A stretch of 20,659 nucleotides of DNA from NCBI GenBank assembly GCA_001724265.1, contig MEDY01000033.1, positions 186,001 to 206,659 of the forward strand, in the 5' to 3' direction. The DNA is from Rhizaria sp. SCN 62-66 (taxonomy: Eukaryota). The notes below the pieces were generated by a model, which had not been told where the DNA came from, did no database searches, and worked only from the letters and a program-made list of their open reading frames with translations. The first letter of the stretch is position 1. The number at the start of each line of letters is the position of its first letter. This document shows positions 1-9,300 of this stretch, one piece after another. The translations under genes and the position numbers were made by a program.

Positions 1-2
1 TG

Positions 3-2873
3 CGCGTTGCCGCCGCGGCTGCTGAGAACAAGACTGCCGACTACACCTCCAGCGACCTGACCAACGGGAGCAGCGCCTACGATACCAACACTCGCAACCA
101 GTCCGTCACGCAGACTCAGACGCAGACGATGTCGATGTCCGACGAGACTAAGGCGCTCATCATGTCCTCGTACTCGCCCAACTCGGTCGCTGCCAACGTC
201 GACGCCATTGTCCGCGGCGGCCGTCGCTCGTCCGTCGCCGCTGTGCCGCTGCGCAAGCGCGCGAGCGCCAGTAACAGCAAGAAGTCCGCTGCTGCTGACG
301 AGGACGAGGACGACGACGACTCTGTGACCGCGATGATGCGCCGCTACCTGCAGGAGGACGACGATGAGGCCCCGCCGCACATGATCTCCAACCGCGACCG
401 CGAGAGCACGCACTCTGACGCCAGTGCTCACGCCGCTCGCGACGACACTGAGGACGTGACTGGCCTGCCCGCAATCGCGCCGCGCGCCTATGACTACCAG
501 CACCAAGCTGGTGACGGCGACAATACCGAAGCGTTCACTGACGCTGCGCCCGCTCGTAACGACATGCACGACCGCGAAGACGTCACGAACAATGTCGTCG
601 ATGACGACGGCGAGCTTGATGTCGACGCCGTCATTGCGCAGTACGACGCCCGCAGTCGCGCCCGCACCAGCATCGGCTCGCCGCTGCCCTCCAAGCGCCG
701 CCGCCGCCTCAGCGCACGCAGCTCTATCGCCCCCGCCAGCGCCAGCGCTAGCGCCTTCGCCGGCGCGGCCGACGGTGTTGACGCTGAGGACGAGGACGAG
801 GAGGACAGCCGCACGCGCGACGCGCTGCTCGCGTCCAAGGTGCGCGGCATCACCTCGCTGGCGGACCTGTACCGCGGCGCGCTGCTGGCACCGGCCTGGG
901 ACAAGGGCCGGCGCGAGAGCGAGCTGCCTCTGTCGCTCCTGCTCCGCGGCTCGCGCCGGGACGACGACGACAGCGACGACAGCGGCGACGACCCCGACCG
1001 CACGGAGGACGCCACGGGCGCGCCGCGCCGCCGCTCGCGTCGCCAGCGCCGCCAGTCGACGGTGATGTCTGTGGCGCTGGAGGAGATGGGCGATCTGCTC
1101 AAGCTCAACATGGGCCACATCCACGAGGCCGACTACATTGACAGCACGCGCACCGTGTACGAGCGCCTGCAGACGGTGCTGGACTCGGCCGAGCTGCTCG
1201 AGAAGACGCTCGTCGCCGACGCGCGCGCCGCCATCTCGGGTCTCGTCGCGGAGCCGAGTAATCCTTTCGCTGCTATCGCGCTGTCGCTGGCCGACGGCGG
1301 GCGCAGAGAGCGTGGCGCCATCAAGGGCCAGCTTGAGCGCGCGCAGGACGCCGCGTCGATGTTTGGGCAGCTCGAGTGGATGCGCATCCGTTCGCAGGGC
1401 CTTGCCGTCACGCGTGACGCACTCGCGACGCAGTTGAACGAGCTCAAGGCCGACGTGCCGGACCTGGAGCGCTTCTCCTTGACGCTCAAGGAGATGCGTG
1501 CCGCCCAGCTTGCCAATGCGGACCCCGTCGTTGCGGCCGCGCGCAACGACGTCCTGGCGCGCGCCGACGCGATCACCGCCGCGCGCGCCACTGCTGCGGC
1601 GGCCGAGCTTGCCGCGGGCGACGCTGCCGAGGCGCATCGCGTTGCGACAGGCGAGATCGCAGCCGCGGAGGCGCGCGTCGAGGTCGCCGAGGCCGAGGCG
1701 GCCGCCGAGCGCGCTGGCGGCGTCGACCCCCAGTCGGCCGCCGCGCAGGCCGAGGCGCGCATGGCGCTCGGCAAGACCGCGCTCTCGTTGAACGCGGCCT
1801 GCGCCGGCTGGAGCCAGCCCACTGTTACTTCGCAGCAGCACGGCAATTGCTCCGCTGTCGAGCTTACCCTCGCGCCTGCGACCGCGCCCACCGTCTTCGT
1901 CTCTGCCGCGCCGTCCTCCCCCACAGCCGCCGCCGGCGCTGGCAGCACCGCGGTGAGCGTGAGCCCGGCCCCCGTGCAGTGCTCGCTGCGCCTCGTTGCG
2001 AGCGCGCACACCGGCGCCATGGTCGGCCCCGCCGAGCTCACCGTGCGCCGCACCGACGTGCACGGGCTGTCCTCGGGACTTGGCTTCTCGCTCGCCACGG
2101 CCTTCACCGCCGCGGGCTCCGCCGCAGCCGCCGCGGCCGCTGCGACCGGGATGACCGTCGCGGTCTGGCAGCTGGAGCAGAGCGCGCACGCCGCACTCGT
2201 GCTCTCGCTCGTCGAGGCCGCGCGCCCGCAGATCACCGAGGTGCTCGCGAGCTGCATCGACTCGTCGATGCTCACGACCACGGCGGCGCAGGTCAAGATG
2301 ATTGTCAGCAACGTGTTCGCGACCGCGGCGGAAATCACCGCGCTATGCCGCCACGGCAAAGGCTTTGTCTCTGTTGCTGCCACTACGCCGGTCAAGGCAG
2401 CGAGTGTCACAATTGCCACTTCTGGCGCCGCTGCCGCTGTCACCGCTACTGCAGCTGGCGCTGCTACTGTCGCATCGAACGCGGCTGTCTTCCGCTCCGG
2501 CTTTCCCACTCTCCCGATCACCGCTACTGCTACTGCTGTTGCGCCTGCTGCCGCGTTTGCTGTTCCTGCTTCCAGTGCTGCGTCTGCATCCGCCGCCGCG
2601 GCGACGGTCTCGCTCACGGTGACGCACCCCGCGCTGCGGCGCCAGCTCACGGTCACGCTCGCGGTCGCGCGCAGCTACGGCACCGGCGCTGCGGGCGCGC
2701 TGCGCGTCGAGGTGGCTGAGGCGCTGGCGCACAACGGCGGCCGCGACAACGCCGCGGCGCTGCGCGGGCTCGAGCGCGCGGCCGAGGCCGAGGTCGGCCG
2801 GGTAGCGGCCGCGAAGGGCTTCAGGACGCTGAGCAAGGTTTTTGCGTCGATGAACGCGATCCTGCAGATGTAA
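3..2873 (+). CDS. KNL1: 5'-partial gene, probable outer-kinetochore scaffold KNL1/Spc7/Spc105-like protein
   Basis: The frame of ORF 129..2873 is open back to nt 3 (RVAAAAAENKTADYTSSDLT...), so the true start lies outside the window. It has GC-rich codons and ends at TAA followed by a T/G-rich 3' region. The N-terminal part is disordered and acidic with repeated T-[E/A]-[D/A]-x-T motifs. The segment SNPFAAIALSLADGGRRERGAIKGQLERAQDAASMFGQLEWMRIRSQGLAVTRDALATQLNELKAD resembles my recollection of the Spc7 domain (NPPLF..Y......K.....QF...K..ARL.SK..WYEWR..L...L...L......L..D). A coiled coil and a beta-rich C-terminus (possible tandem RWD) follow. The CDS is secure; the product is an inference. 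Confidence 0.55.
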   Translation, partial: RVAAAAAENKTADYTSSDLTNGSSAYDTNTRNQSVTQTQTQTMSMSDETKALIMSSYSPNSVAANVDAIVRGGRRSSVAAVPLRKRASASNSKKSAAADEDEDDDDSVTAMMRRYLQEDDDEAPPHMISNRDRESTHSDASAHAARDDTEDVTGLPAIAPRAYDYQHQAGDGDNTEAFTDAAPARNDMHDREDVTNNVVDDDGELDVDAVIAQYDARSRARTSIGSPLPSKRRRRLSARSSIAPASASASAFAGAADGVDAEDEDEEDSRTRDALLASKVRGITSLADLYRGALLAPAWDKGRRESELPLSLLLRGSRRDDDDSDDSGDDPDRTEDATGAPRRRSRRQRRQSTVMSVALEEMGDLLKLNMGHIHEADYIDSTRTVYERLQTVLDSAELLEKTLVADARAAISGLVAEPSNPFAAIALSLADGGRRERGAIKGQLERAQDAASMFGQLEWMRIRSQGLAVTRDALATQLNELKADVPDLERFSLTLKEMRAAQLANADPVVAAARNDVLARADAITAARATAAAAELAAGDAAEAHRVATGEIAAAEARVEVAEAEAAAERAGGVDPQSAAAQAEARMALGKTALSLNAACAGWSQPTVTSQQHGNCSAVELTLAPATAPTVFVSAAPSSPTAAAGAGSTAVSVSPAPVQCSLRLVASAHTGAMVGPAELTVRRTDVHGLSSGLGFSLATAFTAAGSAAAAAAAATGMTVAVWQLEQSAHAALVLSLVEAARPQITEVLASCIDSSMLTTTAAQVKMIVSNVFATAAEITALCRHGKGFVSVAATTPVKAASVTIATSGAAAAVTATAAGAATVASNAAVFRSGFPTLPITATATAVAPAAAFAVPASSAASASAAAATVSLTVTHPALRRQLTVTLAVARSYGTGAAGALRVEVAEALAHNGGRDNAAALRGLERAAEAEVGRVAAAKGFRTLSKVFASMNAILQM

Positions 2874-3619
2874 GATAGCAAGTCAAAGTACTTCTGTTTT
2901 TGTCTTTGGAGCTTGATGCCCAAAGTGACTTTTGAGTGTGTGTGTGTTGTCACACACTTGTTTGTTTCTGTTTTCTCTTGTTTATGTTTGTTCTGTTTGT
3001 TTGGGTGTTTTTACTTGCACTCGCGTTTCTCCTTGTTGTCACTGGACAATGAAGCTCTGCGGTTAATGTTTTATCAACAATGCATGATACTGATTGTGTC
3101 GAGAGACACTCATTCAGGGTGGCCGCGTTAAGTCGCGTCTCCCTTTCACAAGTCACATTGATAACATACAAAATACAAAATAAAATTGTCTATGAGATAA
3201 ATTTGACCAATTCACTTGCTGTATTGTATTATATGTCCGAATCGCAAAAACACTTGTGAGTCAAAAAGTCAAATGTGTCAGGAATTTCCCGTTAAACACC
3301 TGATAGCATTGCGTGTAAAACCAAATTAATATTGCGCGAGCAGACTACTCACTGCAACGTGTGATACTACGATAAAATCGATTTACGTCCATTATGCGCG
3401 TAATTCGAACATATTTGATGCACCATAATCAGAAGTTTTGAAAACTATGTAATGCATGAAAGCTTAACGAATACACATGCACCCAATCACAGGATCATAC
3501 GCTCTGTATGATTCCGAACTATGTTAACTTATAAATCATACACATAATCACGCTTATCAAGCGGCCTAGTTGATCTATTAACATGCGAAAATCCTTCCAC
3601 AGTGGGCACTCAGCGTCAC

Positions 3620-6022
3620 TCAATATTCCTCACTGCTAACACGCCGATCGCCATGCTGCAGCGCCGAGTCCCCGGGCCGCCTCGCAAGTGCGATGCCCCG
3701 AACGCCTTCCGCGGTCACCGCAAAGGCCACGGGCACGCGCGCCGCGGCGTGGGGCGCGAACAGCACCTGCAGTGAGCGCGGCACCACGGTCACCGCGTGG
3801 CTAGGCGCAGGACGGTGACCGTGGGCAGGGTGACCGTGGGCAGACGGCTGTGGGACCGTGACGACAGCGCCGCCCCAGCCACACCTCTGCGCGGCCAATG
3901 TACTGTGCTCGGCGCTGATGTCGCGAGTGTTGTTGTAAAGCGGCGGCGGCGGCGCGACAAACACCAGACTGGGCGCCTGCCACGGCCGCTCACAGACACG
4001 CTCAAAGTCGTTATCACCATTTCGCCCACAGTCACTGCTAAGACCGCCTCTGCGCGTGGAAATGCGTATGTCACAAGAGCGCAGCGGCGTGTCGCGCGGC
4101 CAGGGCACGTAACCCCTGCTGAGCGCAACCCGCATCGTGAGCGCACTGGACCACGACAGCCCCATCGTCGCAGACACCACGCGGCCGCCGCTCAGCGCGC
4201 GAGTTCCACCCGTGCCGCCGCCGCCGCTGCCGCCAAAGAGACCGTGGGCAGCCGCCAAGGGACCTTGGCCGCTAACGTCGGCGGTCGTGCCGGTCAGGAA
4301 GTGCGCGGTGTGGCTCGCCGCCGCGCAGTCATAACACGGCACGCCCGGCGCTGGCGCCGCGCCCTGCTGCGCGCTGTTACATGCGTCGCCGAAAGCGTTC
4401 GCAGTGAGACGGCACGTGCAGCCCGCTCCGCACCAGCCCTCGCCGGGCGCTGAGAGGGTGTTGGAGCCCGGGCCGTCGTGCTGTGCAAAGACGTCGGACA
4501 CATGGTTCGTTACCAGCACCGGCACGCCGTACTTCATCGACAGCGCGCGCAGCGCCTGCGCGAGCTGCTGCAGCGCTTCGGCGCGCTGGTAATGCACTGA
4601 CGGCGTGATAGAGCTCGAGCCAGAGTCAGACTTGGAGTGGCGTGAGTCGTCGAGATCGTCTAGCTCTTGTTGCTGCTGCTGTTGCTGTAGCTGTTCTGTA
4701 CTCGCATTCGCGCTCGACGTATTCGACTTCGCGTTCGCGTTGTAGTCAAAGCGGTACGGATACACGATAGAGTCAATCACAATTAAACTGATCCGCCGTT
4801 CACTTGCTAGCGCCTGCTGCGGATGCTGATCGCTACCAGGAGCATTACTACGCTCTGCCTGAAGCTCCTGTGTGTTTTGCTTGCCGTCTGTGTCTCCCCA
4901 CTTAATCTCACCAAGCTCACGACCACCGGAAGAACTGGGGGGCGCTCTGGGTTTTGCGCTGTCTAGCGCCGTTGCGGCGGCGGCATCGCGTAGTGTGTTG
5001 TTGTACATGTCGAGTACAGCCGGGAGCCTGAAGAAAAAGCAATAGCAACCACAAAAAGCAACACAATTCAAAAGTATAAAAGTTAGCATATGATCACCGT
5101 GCGTGGGTAATGAACGCCATGATCTACCACAGTGCGACATCTTCACTCTCTCTTGGCCCGCGTATAACGTACTTCGCGGTCACAACACGCTCTAGCTCGC
5201 CCGCGGTGGGCGCGCGCAGCCGCATGACTCCGGCGCACAGCGAGTCCACAGTAACGGCAGCGCACGCTGCGGCGCGCGCGCGGTGGCGCCGGGCCGCCGC
5301 CGCAGCAGCAGCGGAAGCAGCGGAAGCACAGCGGGCGCTATCGTCGACTGTTGCTGCTGTTGCCGTTGAGGAAGAGGATGAGTCAGTGCGCGTTGCCGCA
5401 GCAGCTGCGCCTGTAGCATTGCCGCTAGGCAACGCGGGACCATGCTGCCACTGCCGCTGATGCTGCTGCTCGTGCTGTAGCGCTGCCTCGGCCTCTGCCG
5501 CCGCAGCAGCCTCAGTCTGGGCCGCAGCCGCAGCGTCCGCTGCGGCCGCGGTAGCCATCTGCGTCAACCTAAGCTCCGGCAGCGCGCCCTCGGTCGACAC
5601 GTACACTACGCGCGCGTCGGCACCGCCCAGACAGAGCGGGAGCTGCGTCTGCACGGCGAGCTGGAGCGCGAGCTGCGTTTTGCCCGAGGAGGCTTCGCCG
5701 CAGAGCTCGGTCAGGCCTAGCGGGAGGCCGCCGCCCAGCGCGCTGTCGAGCACGGGGCAGCCAGTGTGCAGCTGGAAATAAGAAAACATCAAAGATGAGA
5801 CAAGTTGTGAGTCCGATTCGAATTCAAATTGATGGCGACGTTAGGTTGTCGGGTTTAGTGTGGTTTGGTGTGAGGATTGAGACGAACGGTTGCGGAGTAC
5901 TGCGGGGAGCGCTCGAGCTCGAGAGCTGAGAGAAGTGGAGGCGGCGCGCAATCTAGAAGGTCCACGGGGACAAACCTCTGTCGCTGGATGTAAGGGAGCT
6001 TGCGTGGGAGGGTGTCGCTCAT
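3620..6022 (-). CDS. XRCC3: DNA repair protein XRCC3 (RAD51 paralog), 3 exons: 6022-5888, 5771-5173, 5027-3620; ~713 aa
   Basis: Motifs: LHTGCPVLDSALGGGLP; Walker A GEASSGKT followed by QLALQL; GGADARVVYVSTEG; Walker B LIVIDS followed by PYRFDY; VPVLVTNHVSD; MGLSWSSALTMRVAL; RSLQVLFAPH...AVTAEGVRG. The C-terminal FAPH and GVRG motifs are typical of XRCC3. Introns 5887-5772 (GTTCGT..CAG, phase 0) and 5172-5028 (GTACGT..CAG, phase 2) join the frames cleanly. Confidence 0.9.
3814..3843 (+). repeat. Perfect 15-bp tandem duplication GGTGACCGTGGGCAG x2 inside XRCC3 (encodes AHGH-P-AHGH)
   Basis: Read directly: the units at 3814-3828 and 3829-3843 are identical. Confidence 0.9.
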
Positions 6023-6648
6023 TCTGGAGGAGGAACGGGATAGTATACTAGAGAGTGGCGAGGGGCATACAGAGTGATGACAAGGGGGATTGTCGTATAT
6101 AACCACATCAGCAAGTATAGACGTTATAATAAGAGTGTTATACATATGAACAACAAAATAATATTGTGAATGCGTCAGGTAAACGTAGACGGTTTCTGTG
6201 CTGAGTTGTACCTTCGTGAAGTTTCTTATCCCTCTTGTCCTCGCGCGGGCTTCAAACCCACCACACACTGCTCTTTAGTTGCGAATCAGAATAGATGCAT
6301 TGTTAGGTACGTATAGATCAACATATAGACATGAGGGATTGTTTTTGCATTAGCAATCTATTTGCCTTTAAGTTTATTGTTCTAAAAAACCTATATAACA
6401 AGCCATAACCTTTCAAACGACGAACCTGCGGTCATCACAGTTGTCGCACCTACTTAACAAAACACCAACCTACCAATATAAGAAATCACTGTCTAAACAA
6501 AACAGCCAACACGTATCAATGAGGTATACAGAAGCACAGGCTACCGGCGCTTTGCCTCATATATCGATAAACCCGAGCCAACTTCAAGTGCGATAGCAAT
6601 AGAGCAACGGACACGTACCCATGATGCCGTCCTTAGTTGAACTTGGAC

Positions 6649-8676
6649 TTAGTCCTCCTCCTCGACAGGCAGCTCCATCAGCCTCTCAAGAATCGCGGGA
6701 ATGGGCACGCCCCGGTGCATGACGTCGAACACGGCCTGTAGTAGTGGCAGCTTGTCCAGCACGTGGATCTTGCCCGCCAGCGTGTGCGCGGCCTTGATCG
6801 TCGGCACGCCTTCCGCGACCTCGTTCATCGTCACCAGGATGTCCTGCAGCGACTCGCCCTTGCCGATGCGCACACCCACGGAGCGGTTGCGCGATGCGGG
6901 GCCGAAGCAAGTCAACATCAAGTCGCCTGCGGGAGTGAAACATGGTAGAGCAAGAGTTGTAGGATCACCAAACACATGATAAACCGGCATAGTGAGCACA
7001 TACAGTGAAGAATTGAGTGCAAAAGTATTGCTAAATGCACACATAAAACATAAATTGTCGCTATAATTCACATCAATCACGCCAGGCATTCCGTTAACGT
7101 TGGAAAAAGGACAATTTATACCAAAAAAAGAACCAGCGAACATTAGTCTGTGGAGTGCGTTTCACGTGACGTACCGATGCCGCTGAGCCCCGACAGCGTC
7201 TCGGGTCGCGCGCCAAGCTTGACGGCAAGCTTCTTGATCTCGCTGCAGCCGCGGGTGACGATGAGCGCGGTGGGATTGTAACCCATGCCGACGCCCTCGA
7301 CAATGCCCGACGCGATGGCGTAGACGTTCTTGAGCGCGCCGCCGACCTCGACGCCGATTACGTCGTCCGTCGTCCAAACGCGCACGCGCTTGTCGTCTGC
7401 AATAAGAGCCGCCAGCGTGCTCGCCAGGGATAGCGAGGAGGACGCCATGACGAAGCCTGAACACAAACGCACGACAAAGAAAGTAAAAGAAAACAACGAT
7501 TAGGTAACACAGTACAATAAAAACAGTCGGATAAGCTTAATTCTCTAAAGCTCCAAAGATAGAACATAGTTTCAGCACCCAGCAACACTCGCATTTTCCC
7601 AGATTATGTTAACATGTTGACGATTTACGTACCGGTGGGCATGCCAAGGACGATTTCCTTGGCGAACGAAGGGCCGGAGAGATACGCACTAGGTTGTTCA
7701 GGGCCAAAGACCTCATCAATAATGTCGTTCATAAACTGGAGCGTCTCGCAGTGGATGCCCTTGGACATGGACACGATTGGCACATTGGGCTAAAGAGGGG
7801 ATAACAAATGTGACGTCGTGAGGTGACAGAAGTCAAACAGACTAAGATAACGAAGTGAAGTTAAATAAATTTGTCCCGATCAAAGAAGTTAACACACAAG
7901 AGTTGTAGCTCGCATACTATACACTACAAAATAATGATATTTATCCTACACGATTGTGTTTCGGGTGACGTACGCGGATCTTCTCGACGTACTGCGAGAG
8001 GTACTTCTTGCTGACCTGGATCGGGATGGCGTGGAAGATGCATTGCGCGCGCGCCAGCGCCGCCGTAGAGTCCGTGGTAGCGCGCAAGTTTGGCGGGAGG
8101 GGCACGCCGACGAGGTAGTCGGGGTTGAGGTGCTCCTCGTTGATGGACTGTTTGTAGCAAGATAAGACAGGGCGAACAAGTAGCGAGACAAGGATAGGGG
8201 GATGTTTAGATGACGAACGGAAGTCATATATGCGCAATAAACCAAATAGAAAATCATATAATAAGCACACGGTGAAAAAGATTGAAAGAAAAACACTCAT
8301 GTGCAAGGCTTAATCAATGAGTCATCGTTGTTAGATCCAGTATTTGTCGTACCTTGACACGCGCCTCGTTACGGTCGAGGATTGTCACTTCAATGTTGTT
8401 ACGAGCCAGCATAGACGCAATTGCAGTGCCAAAGGAGCCCGCCCCAAGGACGCACACGCAAGTAATCTTATCGGTGGTAGCAGCATCCGGCGCGGAGAGC
8501 ACGTCTCCATCGCCTGAGGTTGTGTTGTTCGCGTTGGCGTTAGTGTTGCTAGGGCTAACAGGGGAGCTCTCACCGCTGCTGCTGGGGTCGCTATCATTGT
8601 CGCTGCCAGAGTCGTCGGCGTGGGTGGTGGACTCAGCAATAGGAGAACAATCTTCAAGGCCCTCCTTCTCACTCAT
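6649..8676 (-). CDS. gpsA: Glycerol-3-phosphate dehydrogenase [NAD(P)+], GpsA / plant GLY1-SFD1 type; 5 exons: 8676-8353, 8147-7974, 7789-7633, 7456-7175, 6926-6649; ~404 aa
   Basis: Motifs: Rossmann [60 protein letters not shown] (catalytic Lys); [13 protein letters not shown]...SRNR; VAEG. Four GT-AG introns (205, 184, 176, 248 nt) keep the frame. Exon 3 is missing from the ORF track and was read by hand. Confidence 0.95.
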
Positions 8677-9300
8677 GTGGGGACGGCTAGATTGGGAAAG
8701 ACGGAATCGGAGCAAAGGTTCAAGCGATGACGAAGTGAGAGGTGTCATGAAGGAAACTATGGGATATACATCACGGGACGCGAGTATTCTCGCGTATTAT
8801 TACACTAAAATATGTAAAATACATGTTAAAATATGAGTCACATAATGAATTCAATGTACACGGTCAGTACACTGATGTATCACCTGTTGATTCGATACAT
8901 CAAGCCCTTCAAAGGAGAAGCACTGAGCCACCACAAAACCAACTCAAGTCATAAAACGACGCATATATGTCGCCGAATTCGCGCCAAACTACGATAGTGT
9001 AAATCATACTTTAGTTGCTGGCAAAATACACGTTCCATTAAACTTGAATATGCATTGTGTGAGCGTATATGATGCTTTTATTCGATCAGATCACACTCAA
9101 ACAAAAATAAAATAGTAAAAAAACGACGACACTTTTTTTAAGTAGACACTAAATAACATTTTTCTTAACAGATAACCTATTTTCATGCAACATACACTAA
9201 ATTCCACACGCCGACCCTTCAGAACCATGCATAAATAAGTGTTGTCCTACACATAACAAGCCAAAATGAGTTGACCATGACCATCTAAGTGTTAGGACAC

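Noticed and set aside
1133..2656. 507-aa antisense ORF and many other overlapping ORFs (e.g. 494..1120, 10887..11930, 14606..15739, 19359..20129)
   Set aside because: Shadow frames of GC-rich coding DNA that is poor in stop codons; they have no motifs and lie within supported genes.
2913..3171. Short ORFs 2913..3131 (+) and 2950..3171 (-)
   Set aside because: They lie in a T/G-rich 3'-UTR-like sequence with non-coding composition.
3..6022. Kinetochore gene next to XRCC3 as a cell-cycle cluster
   Set aside because: The genes are convergent and share no promoter; adjacency alone is not evidence in a gene-dense eukaryote.
6241..6262. CHR-like TTTGAA next to CCCGCGCG on the - strand upstream of XRCC3
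   Set aside because: A hexamer expected by chance, and the arrangement is not the canonical CDE-N4-CHR.
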